A stretch of 64,000 bases of DNA, from assembly GCF_009834535.1 (NCBI RefSeq), contig NC_045707.1, positions 49,106,001 to 49,170,000 on the forward strand. Direction: 5' to 3'. The position numbers and the translations under genes are program-made. The first letter of the stretch is position 1; the number at the start of each line of letters is the position of its first letter. Source of the DNA: Camelus ferus. Its lineage: Eukaryota. The notes beneath the pieces were generated by a model. The model was given only the letters and a program-made list of their open reading frames with translations. It was not told the origin of the DNA and made no database searches. Below are positions 52,130-64,000 of this stretch, one piece after another.

Positions 52130-52830
52130 TTCATTGTATTCTCAGCATTTATTTCCCTTTTGTTCTAATGTTAGCACAGAGACTTTCATCTGGCAACTAT
52201 TCCTTTCTCAAGCTCCATCCATCTCCAAGCTCCATTCAAATATTTTGGGTGATTTTATGCATAATTCCCAACTCCATGAGGGGAGATAATATTCTTTGGC
52301 CATACTGATCTGATCAGAGGAGGGTACATGATTCCTTTCGGCCAAGAGAGACATGTTCTGTAACTTTTACATAGTGGCATGGTTTCTACTGGGAAAACCT
52401 TTCCCAGGACTTAAGCAGGGACAGATTAAGTCCAGATCCTTCAGGGGCCATCATGAGAAGATAGATTTTTTTTTAACTAAAAACTATTTTTTTTAATTGA
52501 AGTACAGTCAATTACAATGTGTCAGTTTCTGGTGTACAACACAATGTCCCAGTCATGTATATACATACATATATTCATTTTCATATTTTTTCCCTTAAAG
52601 GTTATTATAAGATACTGAACATAGTTCCCTGTGCTATACCAAAGAAACTTAAAAAAAAATCTATTTATATATATAAACTATTTGAAGACAGACTTTTTAA
52701 AAAAGGCCAAACAAAAAGTAAAATTGAGACTGAGAGATGATGACATTTTTAAGACCCTGGACTCTTTCTGAACTAATGATTCTCCTTTATGCTTTAGACA
52801 AGTTGAGTTAAATTATTTTTTACTCATAGC
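52130..52830 (+). mobile_element. Old MLT1 (K/L-type) LTR interrupted by a young L1
   Basis: ggccatactgatctgatcagaggagggtacatga...ggggccatc...tgacattttt...ccctgga...cctttatgcttta. Confidence 0.5.
52481..52683 (-). mobile_element. Young L1 3'UTR fragment with TSD
   Basis: ttttaattgaagtacagtcaattacaatgtgtcagtttctggtgtaca...gaacatagttccctgtgctatac; TSD aaactattt at 52481-52489 and 52675-52683. Confidence 0.85.
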
Positions 52831-53679
52831 CAAAATTACGTATATTACTGTAGCCCCTGTTTACCTTTTTTTTTTAATTTGATGAAGTACCCAAGGAAAA
52901 TGAGTGAATCAAGAAAGAAGAAGACTTTGAATTTTTTTAAAAAAGCATAAAACTCAATGAAACATAAGTTCAAAGAAACAGATGTGTATTTTTTGACATA
53001 ATTGGTCACACAGTGGGAAAAAAATTGCCTTTAAGAATCCAAGAAGGATTTCTTCAGAAATGTGTACCAAGCAACAGAAAAAAAAAAAAAAATAAGAAAC
53101 TGGAAGACATTAGTAACTGAGTAAAGAATGCACATGCTTTATTTTTCTTTTCTTTTCTTTTCCCAGTAAGAGAAAACAAGGCAGTAAGAAAAATCCAAGT
53201 CTGCTACAAATAACTATACAAGAAAGTCCTCATTTGTAGTTGATGGAAACTAGAAAAGACATTGTTTTGGGAAGTTGGTGGAATATAGGAGAGGAGGATC
53301 CGTTTGTCCATTTTGTCAGAAGCTAAGGGTGTTACCGATACAGACACAATTTTTAGGTAAAACTGACAAAAGTCTAGAGACAGAAAATTATTCATTTAGG
53401 AAGTAAACATTGATAAATAAGAAGTTGAGAAATCAAGAAACAGAAATTTAAGTATCATATTGCAACTATAACCATGTCAGTTCAAAGACATTTAATTGTC
53501 AATATTTGTGAATATCTTTTGAAAGTTAAAGGGATTGTCTCTTACAAAAAGGCCTGAGAATGCAGAGCGTTAGGAAGGACAGAGGAAATCTGCTTTCATC
53601 ACAAGCTAATTTTGTACAAACTTGTACAACTGGATTTCCTACTTGCTCATGTGTATTATTTTTACTTTTATAAGTAAAT

Positions 53680-54205
53680 GAGCTAAACTCAGCTGTTAAA
53701 AGAAAAATGCTTTAATTAACCTAAAATAAATTTTGAGCTACATGCCACATGCAAGAATTCAAAAAAAGAGGAGCAAAAAATAAGACCGTGAACTCTAAAA
53801 AGTCATTAATAAGAAGACAAACACCCAATTTAAAGTGTACCAAAAAATTTGAAAAGAGATATAAAGTTGGTTAAGCAAACACATGAAAAATTGCTCATTC
53901 TCATTAGTCATTAAGAAAATTCAAATTAAAGCCACAATGAGATACTACTACATGACTTACCGTGCCAAGTGCGGAAGATGCCGTAGGGCTGCCAGAACTC
54001 ATACCCTTCGGATGGGAATGTAAAATGCTGCAGATGTCTTACATAGAGTGCTAGCTTCTTAAAAAGTTAAACATGCATTTGCCCTATAACCCAGCCATTC
54101 CACTCTTAGATATTTACCCAAGGGGAGGAAAAAAGAATATGACCACACAAAACACTTGTACAAACTGTTCTTACAGCTTTGTATGTAATAGTCAAAAACT
54201 GGAAA
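53680..54205 (+). mobile_element. Old L1 (L1MB/ME) ORF2-end fragment
   Basis: cacatgaaaaattgctca...caaattaaagccacaatgagatactac...aaaagttaaacatgcatttgccctataacccagccattccactcttagatatttaccc. Confidence 0.8.
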
Positions 54206-55432
54206 TAGGATTTCCAGAAAGACAACTTTGTGAACCTGCTCCTCAGCAAAATAAGCTCAATGATAAAAATTTTAAAAGCCAGAAAATAATAATAAGCTGT
54301 CCTAAGAATATAGAGCAAAAGAAAACATTTACTTATTAAAATCTGTCAGTAAGAACAATGAGCATTTGTGGCACTTGAGCCACAGCCGGCTCCCTCTTTC
54401 TCCACCTCCAGCTCAGCAAAGCAGAAACTCTCCACTCTGGTCAAATGTGGCCTAGATGATGGCGCTTTATCTCACCCCAGACCTGCACCAGAAACTGTAG
54501 TATCTCCCCAGGAGAAGAAGGCTGCAAGCGTTTCTCATCCCTCCAAGTTCTGCCTTGCAGAAGCTAATTCCGAACAAATGCAGGCAAGAGGGTGCCTTCC
54601 CTCCATTCAGCTCTCATTCATAGGGTGGAGGCTCTACCAGGCAAGGGAGATTGGGAATAATGTGCCCCCATATGTTAATAAATATAGTCCTTGCCCCAGC
54701 TTGCTCGTGAGGCAGACATTCCATGCTAGTAGAGGAAAGCTGAGAAAACCACAGGCTACCACCCTCACCCAGCACCCTGCTCACAAAGTAGAGGAAGCAC
54801 CAGAAGACAAGGGGTCCATGGTTCTCTCCCACAGTTCTGGGGCACTGACTCAGAGATTTCTGCCTATGAGCAGAGGAAGGCCTTAAGACCAGAGGGCTCC
54901 AAAGCTCTCTTCGGGTAAACTGACTTTATTGGAAGTAAAGTATGAGAAAGGTTCAAACCTAAGAACACTCTTGAAAATAATGGGGATTTGGAGGGCAAGC
55001 AGATAAAAGGAAGCTGGAGGCTTTAAGAGAACAATCAGGTAAGACATAGGCCAGCTAATTTATCAGGGGAAGAAACGGCTAAAATTACATCTTCTAGTTT
55101 CAAAATAAACCTCAGAACTGCCTTCAAAAACTACTCCAGAAAAGGGACTTGGTTTTAATTGGTTCAAACCACGGAGCGATTTATACCCCAAGGCATCACC
55201 AAAACCATTAGAGCAATCAGCTGGCAGGTAGTGGCACCTATGGAGCCTAACCACTGGGTGTAGTACCGAGAGAGGCAGACAGCTTAACAGAAAAAAAAAC
55301 AGGTGCGGAGTCAGTGAGAGCTCTGCTAAACCACTGTCACTTTTGACAGTGCACACTCCAACCCTGCATTCTCAGAAGTGCTATCAGAGGTATCACATTG
55401 CAAGGAAGCAGATTTCACTAAAATAAAGGTTG
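54206..55432 (+). mobile_element. Ancient L1 (L1M4-like) 5'UTR fragment
   Basis: GC-richer block with ggcacttgagccac, ccagctcagc, gctgagaaaaccacaggctacc and gactttattgga, recalled as L1M 5'-end sequence; subfamily uncertain. Confidence 0.55.
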
Positions 55433-56065
55433 ATGATGGACTGTTCTCAAAACCACCTTGGTTTCAGCTGGTTCCAGCTGTTCTTTATTCCCAACAGCTG
55501 TGCCTCTCCTTCATTTATCTAGTTGTTTGTCCTGCTCTTCTCCCTCCCATCTCCAATTCAAGCATGAATGTGATCAAAATCAAAGCCAGAGGCATTAAAT
55601 CAGACAAAGAATTTCTTTACCACACTAGGTATATCATCCGAATTATAAAAGTATATAGTAAAAAAGCTTTATTCCCTCAAAAAGTTATCATTTATATGAA
55701 AAGTAATAGCAAGAAATACAAAGTAGCAGAAAAATTCAGAAGTGGAAGACTTTCTAGTCTTTCCTCATGATTATTTTAAATCTTATTTAGTGGTGAGAGA
55801 AATCCAAATGTGCAGATAAGTGATATAACCCCTATTTTCAAAAAGCCAATTTTTGTTTGCAGTACATTTAGTATTACTAAATACTTTATATTAACTTTGT
55901 ATTACCACCTAAAAAGTGTAGGTTGACATTAAAAAAATCTTAATTTTGGATGTATGTTTGCTCTGAGAACTACTGTTACTAGCAGAGCCCATTAACAATT
56001 TCCAGGAAATAAAAGTACAATCTGGGTAATAAAATAAAGTCCTACCTTTTCTTTTCCTTCCCCTT

Positions 56066-56530
56066 TGTGCTTCGTCTAGTTTCACTTGCTCAGAGGGGGC
56101 CACATGCAGAGAACTGGCACCAGGCGCTTCAGACCAGAATTCCTACTGTGAACTGCGCACTGCCACCACAGTTCAGGGACGCCAAGCCGTGCGTAAGCTC
56201 TGCGCCCAACACTGCAGTTCAAGATGGCGGCGGTGAGCCGCATGCGCATGTGGAGATGCTGTGCCCGCCCACACTGTAAGCCTGCGCTGTGAGCAGCCCC
56301 GCGAGAACTCGGCCTCCTCCCGGGGCAGGAACCCCACAAAGCAGCCCCGCCCACAGCCTGTCCGGGCGAGTGTGTACTCCAGGGCGTAAGCTCACATCTC
56401 TCTATTCTTTGAACATAGAATAAAGGTTTCCTTTGCTTCTGAGCTGAATGCAGTCTCATTCTATGGGCCCGAAAGACACCAGACAGGAGGACACTTGGGG
56501 CTGGATTCGAAAGGGTCAGTAAACATTACA
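56066..56530 (+). mobile_element. CpG-rich solo-LTR-like element (family not identified)
   Basis: TG...CA-bounded 465-bp GC-rich island in AT-rich DNA; AATAAA at 56419-56424 followed by a U5-like segment; ~23 CpG counted by eye; TSD not clean. Confidence 0.65.
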
Positions 56531-56597
56531 CTTCCGTTAACTTACTAGCATTTGCATTTGCAACCATTAGCATTGATTTTTGGAACAAAGATCCTAT

Positions 56598-57005
56598 CAG
56601 ACTGTTAATTACTGCTGTATTATAAACCCCTCCAAACCTCAAATGCATACTAAAAAAAAAAAAAAAAAGCCACTTCATTATTTTATTTTTCAGTAATCTT
56701 GGCTGGTGGTTCCTCTGCTATTTCACCTATGCTCACTTAAGCAGCTGCATTCAGGTGGAGGGCTAGCTTGAGTTAGAATATGCAAGATGGCCTAACTTAC
56801 TTTTCAGGCAGTCAGTGCTAACTTTTGGTTGGGTCATTTTAGTTCTCTTCCATGAAGCCTTTCATCCTACAATATTCTTGACTGGCTTCTGAAATGGTGA
56901 TTCTCAGGGCAGCTAAAAGTGGCAGCTGCAAACGCTTAATTCCCAGGTCATTTTCTATTGGTTAAAGAACATCATAAGGTTAGCCTATGTACAAGTGTGT
57001 GAAAC
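56598..57005 (-). mobile_element. MLT1H-like LTR (3' LTR of a two-LTR remnant)
   Basis: tactgctgta...ccaaacctc...gcagctgcattcag...caagatggcct...ttctattggttaaag...cataaggttagcc. Confidence 0.7.
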
Positions 57006-57623
57006 TGCTGAGGGACAACGCCCCCGAGATTCTTAGAAACCCTTCTGGCAAACTCAGAAGGTAAATGAGGCACGATTCAAACCTCTCAGAGGTCTGAAAA
57101 ATCGTATAGGCACAGCCTTGATGAGATCTTTGTCCCCAGGCTCATTTTATGTTGAGGATTTTTTACTGATGGGTGGAAACAGCTACTTCCAACCCAGTAT
57201 GTTCTCTCTTCTATATTTTTTCTAAATTCTAATTGCAAATTATTTCCTTCTTTAGCTCATCCTTTCTTCCAATACCCTATCATATGCAGCTAAATATGCA
57301 CTCTTAACTATGTAGCTAAATATGCACTCCAAACCAATCTGCACTCAACCTTCTGTCCATAGATGTCCCCAATCAGTTCCTGTTCACTATGTGTATTTTC
57401 TACTTTTTAAGTTTCTGCAGTCGATATTTTTGTTAACAATCCCACTACATCACCTGGACTGCCTTTTCTCTAGTCTCCAACAGTACTTTTGCCATCTTCC
57501 CCGTCTTTGCTTATGGATTTCTCACCCACTTTCCAAGCTCCCCTGCCACCCAATCCTAAAATCAATGGCATAATTATTTCAAGACTTTGTTATAGTAACT
57601 CTCAGATTCTAGGTACTAGTTTC
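57006..57623 (-). mobile_element. MLT1 internal sequence remnant
   Basis: agctcatcctttcttccaataccctatcatatgcagc...ttgttatagtaactctcagattctaggtactagtttc, recalled as the reverse of the MLT1-int start. Confidence 0.65.
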
Positions 57624-58645
57624 TATACCTATTAACTATTGGTACAAAACAAACCACACCAAAACTCAGTGCATAAACCACAAATATTTACCATTTCTCA
57701 TCAGCATGTGGGTTGGCAGGTGATCTCCCTGCTGATTTACCTGGGTGACCTCAGTGCATAGTGGAAGAAGAATTGGGCTGTGTAAGGGAAAAAAAATAAC
57801 TTCTCCCTACCTTTCTGAGTTATTAGCTGAGTCCTTGCAATAAGAGAACAATTAACAAGAAAAAATAAACTTACGTTTATTAAAATGTATACATCATGTA
57901 TATATAGGAGATATGCAGAAAAAATGAGTAATTCAAAGGGGTAGCTTAAATTTTAGACTTAAATACCATTTTAACAGGGAAAGGGAAGGACAGCTGCAGG
58001 CCTCCTGGGGAGAATAAATAACATTTAGGAAATATGAATGGGACTTTAGAGGAATAAATGGAAGATATGATAGTTTGTGACAGAGTTTTTCTGGGTGTGG
58101 TGTAGTCTCCTCTCCTGTGATAAGAAGCAGTCTTCTCTGGTTGGTGAAATTCCCAGGGAGGGAATTTATGACAATTGAGCTCTTTTTAGAGCACATGTCT
58201 TTAGACTGATAAGGGGAGTTCATAGAAAGCCTATTCCTGCATTTTTCAAGTGCCTATAGTTCAAAATAATCAATATGCCAAAGTGGGGATGGCATATTCT
58301 GCTACCCTTCAGCTATAAGGCACAAGATGGCCTCACTCACCTATCTGAAAGTTGGTGCTGTCTCTCCTCTGTGACAACTTAGTTCTCCAAGTTGTCTCTT
58401 GTCTTTCATTGGACTAGATCAGCTTCCTTATGGGACTGTCTTAGAGCAGCAGTTTCATAGAGCAAAGGCAAATACTGCAGGTCCTCTTGAGGCCACAGCT
58501 GCTGAACTCACACAGCATAATTTCTGGTACATTGTTTTGGATAAAGAGGGTCACAGGGCCAGCAACATTCAAAGCATGAGGAATTACACTTCATCTCTTG
58601 ATGCTGGTTGCTATAAAGAAGTGGTGGTTTTATTTACTGTATCAT
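57624..58645 (-). mobile_element. MLT1H-like LTR (5' LTR) interrupted by a MER34-like LTR
   Basis: aacaaaccacaccaaaactcagtg...caagatggcctcactcac...ggtcctcttgaggcc...gaactcacacagcat...gtcacagggccagc. Confidence 0.72.
57781..58311 (-). mobile_element. MER34-family ERV1 solo LTR
   Basis: Minus strand begins tgaagggtagcagaatatgcca...ctttggcatattgattattttgaact and ends cccttaca; 4-bp flanks gctg/gcta. Confidence 0.8.
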
Positions 58646-59149
58646 AAAGATGAAAAAAAATCATAAAGTTGTCTGGAAGTACAGTATTCTTACTAATGTT
58701 AATTTTAAAATGTAAATACTAAAAGAGAAAGGATAATCTTAATTCTTATTTCTAGATTTTGCAAAAATAAAAATGAGTAGTTAACTTCTGAAAAGGAAGA
58801 AAATAGTTTCTCCACATAAGCAATGTTCTTCTTTATTTTTTTGTGTGTGTGAATGACTTGACTCAGTAATTGGCTATAATTTTCTTGAACAAATTCAGTG
58901 TTCCAAAGATGAAAATTGTTGTAATTAAAGTTTCCTGCTTTGGAGAGTCTTGCTTTTCTTAACAAACCTGAGGGATATCAAAAATACATATAGCTTTGAT
59001 GGAATTCTTCATAAAACAGCTTCCATTTGTGTGGCCAAAAATATTGTGTGGATGAGTTGGAAGTGTCAGAAAAGTGTATTTGGCCTATGTACATGTAATT
59101 AAATGTATAAGGAGATTTAAAATCCATATGACATCCTACTATAGATACT

Positions 59150-59870
59150 GCTGAAATGTAGTTTCATGTTCTTCTCTGCACATAAAGTCATGATCATTTT
59201 TACATATTCTCTAATGTGAACATTTCTGCAATTTGGTTTTGTTTATTCAATATTATGTTTGTGAAGTTTATACACATTGACATGGACGACATTTGTTAAT
59301 TTGTGTAACTGTTTTAAAGTGTCCCATCTTGTATAATGCATTTCAAATGGTTTATCCATTCTTTTATTGATGTTGTTTCAAAATTTGCTGTTATAAATAT
59401 TTTGTTTCCATCTCCTTATAAATGTATGCAAAATTTTGTCTAGAAGTGGAAATGCAGAGCTGTTCTAGACATTGCCAAATTACTCCCCAAAATGGTTGTG
59501 ACTAATGACCTTCCCACCCATCAAAAGAGTACAGCTGTCCCGTGGGGCCCCATTATTTACCAAACCCTGATATTGCTAGATATTTTGACTTTTAATTTAT
59601 TTCTTTTATTTTGGGAGGGGTTATTAGGTTTATTTATTTATTTATTATTATTATTATTTTTATTTAATGGAGGTATTGGGGATTGAACCCATGATCTTGT
59701 GCATGCTAAGCATGCACTATACCACTGAGCTATACTCTCCCCCCTGACTTTTAAATGTGTGAACTGATATCTCATTGTGGTTTTTAATGTGAATTTCCTT
59801 ATTACATTTGGCCTTGGGTCATTTGCCCTTTTCTTGTTGATTTATAATTCTTTATGTATTCTGTTATATA
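59150..59870 (-). mobile_element. Old L1ME fragment hosting the SINE
   Basis: tttatccattct...ctagaagtggaaatgc...tagacattgccaaattactccccaaaatggttgt...tatctcattgtggttttt. Confidence 0.7.
59586..59754 (-). mobile_element. tRNA-derived SINE (camelid Vic-1-like) with TSD
   Basis: Minus strand ggggggagagtatagctcagtggtatagtgcatgcttagcatgcacaagatcatgggttcaatcccc has Pol III A and B boxes and an AT-rich tail; TSD tgacttttaa at 59586-59595 and 59745-59754. Confidence 0.9.
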
Positions 59871-60044
59871 TAAAGTAAACATATAGTACACTATACAATC
59901 TAGTATTTTATACATATACATATATAATGTTATGTCTTGATGAGAACTTCTAAGCCACAAATTCAATAATATTTGTGTAGATACTGAAAAGTCCTCACTG
60001 TATGCAAGAAATCCTTAATGTAAATAAAAAGAATTGACTTTAAG

Positions 60045-60160
60045 CTCATTCATTTATTGAACAAACATTGATCTAGGCTTTTACATGCCTAGCACTCTGT
60101 TTATCACTGAGGATAAAGCATGAACAGGATACTTATATTGCTGAAGTCTAAAAGGAAAAA
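60045..60160 (-). mobile_element. L2 3'-end relic
   Basis: ctcattcatttattgaacaaacattg...atgcctagcactctgtt...actgaggataaagcatgaaca. Confidence 0.6.
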
Positions 60161-60339
60161 AAAAAACACTAAAATATAAACGCCTTGAGTATAGTCTGAA
60201 AAGTACAAATGCTGTTTAGTGAAGACATAATAAGATCACTTAAGTGAACTGATTAGGTCAACTAATGTTAATGGAGATGGTACCATCTGTTTACAGTTGA
60301 ACCATAAAAAGTAAGGTGATATTAATTGGTCAAATTTAC

Positions 60340-60500
60340 CTTGATTATCTCAATCCCATGTAAGTCTTTTATAAACATGAGATTTGTAGGTCCCATTGAG
60401 ATCCACTGAATCCAAATCTTTGAATTTGGAAGCTCATAATATGTATTTTTTTAAATCTTTCATGTGATTTTGAAGGTTGGCTGTGTTGTTGAACCATTGA
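60340..60500. mobile_element. MER5-family (MER5B-like) hAT relic
   Basis: ccactgaatccaaatct...tatgtattttttaaatctttcatgtgattttga...ttgaaccattg. Confidence 0.55.
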
Positions 60501-61719
60501 GCTAGACAGGGAAGATATGAAAGTGTGACTGAGCTCAGCATGTTTTGGGAATTGTCGGCAGGGCTAGATCTCTGTCAGAAAAGCAAAACTGGAAAAAGGG
60601 AGGAGAAAAACCTAAAAGCCAAGTAGAAACCAGATGAGCAACACAAATAGTAAAGAGTATGCCATACAGTTGCTCAATGAAGATTTGTTGAATGATGGAT
60701 AAATCAATGAATGGATGAGTCATTACAACTTTACATGCCCTGGTTAGAGTTTATATTTATTTTGAAATTTATGAGGAACCAATGACAGATATGAAGCAGG
60801 GGAGTGAGAGTTGAGATTAAATTAACACAAATGAAGTATTACTCTAAAATGACAAAGAAGCCCAGACATTTTGTAAGTTTCTTGAAGACTTTCTGGAGCT
60901 GTGACTGGCTTTCATAGTTTTCCTAATTCTTATTAATATTTTATTTAGGGTGCTTAAACTCAGTGCAACTGCTTATAAAATTTCACTAAACCCAATGACA
61001 GAAGAAATGATTCAGACTCAACACAGAAATGACTGTCTTATTTCCACCTGTTGTGAGAAACATGACATGAACCACAGGGGGGAAAAAATCATCTTAATTT
61101 TCTGGCATTGTAATGAATAATTTAAACCTATAACTGCTACTCTGAATATTTTGTTTTATAATGGAGCGTAGCATCTCTTTTGGTTTTGACAGGATGCTTT
61201 TTTTTTTTTCCAATTCAATTTTTCGAATGCTATGCCTTGGAAGAGCACTTAGCTGATTACAAAAGTAGAATAAAAATCTTCCTAGTCCTCTATGAATAGT
61301 AGGTAGAATAGAAAACAGAATGAAAAACAGAGAACTAGAAGGAAGAGATAATAAGTGGGAACCACAGTCACCTTGAACCTTAATCAACTTTTCATTGTGC
61401 CTCCCGAGCTTTGGTGTGAAGAAGAAACTTAGAGGCCAAGATACCTGATTTAGTCATTTGAGTGCCTCCTCTCCCTTGGGAAGGATGCCACTTTAAGGAT
61501 GAATCACTCTAAGGATGCCAGAGAAAGAAGCCCAAGAGAGAAGATGCCCAGGAGGACTATGAAATTAACTCAGGACATATAAGGGAAGGAATAGGGAAAC
61601 CTGATTCTGCAAACCAAAAAGGATTGGACCCAGAGCAGTAGATATTATCATCATCAAACCTTTGATTATCTTCAAGCTAGCTGTTACCTATGAGTTATCA
61701 TTAGTACAATCGTCTATTT

Positions 61720-62020
61720 TAAAAATACGTTCCAAACCTCTTATTATGCTATAAAAGGCCTTTCTTGATCTGGCTTTAGACTCTCTGCTACAGACTTCAT
61801 CTTATCTTCTGCTTCTCTATTCTCGTAAAGCTTTACTATGTGCTCTGCTGCAACATTATCTGCCTCAGGCTGCTATGTCTTTTGATATGTTCTTCCGTTT
61901 GCCTGGGGAACATTTTTCTCTTTAGTTTCTTTTTCACTGGGGTAACAGTTTACTTACTTCTCAAAATGTATCAGTCTTCATCTACACCAAGATCAGTTGG
62001 ACGCCCTTCTGTGTGCTCTG
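61720..62020 (+). mobile_element. L2 relic
   Basis: tccaaacctctt...aaggcctttcttgatctggc...tgttcttccgtttgcctgggga. Confidence 0.55.
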
Positions 62021-63274
62021 TGTAGATCAATTTATTCAATTTGTTTAATTAAACAAAAATTCCAAAAATAGACTCTCCAATCTATTCTAAGTTTAAGATA
62101 ATCAGTGCAATGCCTTTAGAGGGAAGAAAGGAGATACAGCTAGTAGAGGATCTGGTGTAGTAAATAGAAAATGGTAGCGAGCTATGGACTGAGATATGGC
62201 AAATCCTTGAGAGAAAACATGATTACACAGATTTTCTGATAGCTTTCCTTGACAAACAAAAATATGTTTGTAAATAAAGTGAGTTTGTTTTACAACTGCT
62301 ACAGTCTGGCGATTATGTACCATATTTTACTATCTTCACTTTATAATATAGAACTGGCACATAAGAGGGACTCGTAAAAACCAACAGAATGAAAAACATG
62401 ACTGACTGACAATAGGATCAGCCCTGATCTCTAGTGGCCCCAACTTTCTTGGTTCTGCCCATGGACACTTCAGTTAGTTGACACACAGGTAGGTGCTACA
62501 GAAGGATGAAGGAAGCCTATGAGGGATGACTTTTAAGTATTCAGTGCCAGACAGGTATAAGTTTAGGAACTTGGATATACAAGCTACAAATCTTGAAGTT
62601 TTCAATAAGAGTTTGACTTTAAAAATATTCATTTCCAGCCTTGAAAATAATATAATATAGGATTTCTAGCTATGAAATAATTAGTATTAGTTAAGATATC
62701 TTCTATTTTTATTATCTTTATTGATTAATTTTTAATTTTTAAGATAATTCTAGTAAAGTTATGATATTATTCACATTTCATATATTGTATCCTCAAAAGT
62801 CAGCATTTTAGAAGAGTCAATTAAGTGTTGACTCTTTACTCAGGTCCTCTGTATCCAACTTATTTACTCTGAAGATTTTGTAGAGTCAATAAAACAAATA
62901 GAAAACTGTAACTAAAATAACTATTTTTAAAATATTAAATTCTAACTGGATATTGTTGCCTGAAGGAGATTCTGAGCTGATATCTGCTCATATTATTGTA
63001 ATAGACAATTAGCAATTATTAAAGATGTATTAACTACATATTCTAAAACTTAAAAAAAATACAAGGACTATTATAAGTGCAACAAAAGAATTAAGAGAAT
63101 AGAAAATTGAATATTCCTCACTATGTGAGTCAGTGTTATTTAATGCCATGTCTTTTATTACTTGGCAGTTTTAGATACAACCAGTGTGCATCCCACCTTT
63201 TGAAAACATGAGAGCTGGGTGAAAACCCTGATCTGATCTCGCATGACTAAATTAGGTTCCTGGACCCAATTCCA

Positions 63275-64000
63275 GTGTTTGTGTGTGTGTGCATGTGTGT
63301 AGGCCTCCCCATATCAACACGTAATTCTTGGACACAAACTGGGCAGCCTACAACTCAAGTCCATTCTGATACGATTCCATACTTCAAGGATTCAGTCCTC
63401 AAACCCCACCCCCCGGCCACTTCAGATGCCAGTCACAAGCCCAGACTGTTACCTGTACTTCTGACCCACTGGCTATGAAACATGTTCCCAAGCCCCATTC
63501 CTCAGATGTGAATAATTCGGGAGATTGGCTACCAGAACTCAGAGAAACATTTTACTTACTAGATCAGCAGTTTATTATAAAAATGTATTACTCAGAAACA
63601 GTCAGCTGGAAGAGATGCGTAGGGCAAGGTATGGGGAAAGGGCATGGATTTTCCGTGCCTTCTCCGGGAGCCACTCTCCCAGTGCCTCTACGTGTTCACC
63701 AACCCAGAAACTCTCCAAACCCTGTCCTCTTGAGCTATTATGAAGGCTTCTTTATTCAGTCAGGGTTGATTAAATCATAGGCATTGGCAATTGATTCAAC
63801 ATCCAGGCCCTCTCCCTTCCCTAGGTGTCTGGAGTTGGGACTAAAAGTTGGTTCTCCTGGCAACCAGCCCCCAACTATGGGGGCTTTCCAAAAGTCATCT
63901 CACTAAGATAAAGTGCTACAGAAGGATACCTTTATCACTCTCAACACTTAGGAAATTCCAAAGGGTTTGGGAGCTGTGAGCCAGGAAATGTGGATGAAGA
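63275..64000 (-). mobile_element. MER21-family ERVL LTR (runs off the window end)
   Basis: cacttcagatgccagtcacaagccc...tgttacctgtacttctgacc...agaactcagagaaacattttacttac...tagggcaaggtatgggga...gtgttcaccaacccagaa. Confidence 0.85.

Noticed and set aside
54368..54886. 172-aa ORF, the longest in the window
   Set aside because: GTG start inside a GC-richer ancient L1 5'UTR-like block; no recognisable protein family.
56067..56459. Overlapping 70-aa and 125-aa ORFs
   Set aside because: They lie in the GC-rich LTR-like element, where stop codons are rare; no homology recognised.
59660..59744. tRNA-like sequence on the minus strand
   Set aside because: It has an AT-rich tail and TSD and lacks a proper acceptor stem, so it is a SINE rather than a tRNA gene.
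62421..62441. CTCF-like motif (minus strand ggccactagagatcag)
   Set aside because: Mismatches at core G positions make it too weak to call.
1..64000. Prokaryote-type systems (CRISPR arrays, operons, defence islands, retrons)
   Set aside because: The window is mammalian repeat-rich DNA with no repeat-spacer array or gene-dense region. The only reverse transcriptase is a dead L1 ORF2.

Overview
AT-rich, CpG-poor mammalian non-coding DNA (intergenic or deep intronic), most likely from a camelid (camel/alpaca/llama). This inference rests on a tRNA-derived Vic-1-like SINE and young camelid-type L1 3' ends, with no Alu, BovB/Bov-tA, PRE-1 or CanSINE seen. No host protein-coding gene, structural RNA gene or prokaryote-type system is supported; the listed ORFs are chance ORFs or antisense/UTR reads of transposons. 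Roughly half of the window is interspersed repeats: many L2 and MIR relics, old and young L1 fragments, MaLR/ERVL/ERV1 LTRs (MLT1, MLT2, LTR33, LTR16, MER21, MER34-like) and hAT DNA transposons (MER5, MER20, Charlie4), often nested. Repeat names come from my recollection of consensus sequences, and boundaries are approximate unless TSDs are quoted. The most interesting observations are a candidate L1 3' transduction (27323-27405), a CpG-rich solo-LTR-like island with YY1/NRF1/Sp1 motifs (56066-56530), an ultra-short ~32-bp L1 insertion with a clean 12-bp TSD, a 5'-only L1 with no 3' end, a two-LTR MaLR remnant, and two transcription-factor motif clusters in unique DNA. I did not find convincing evidence of a new biological system.
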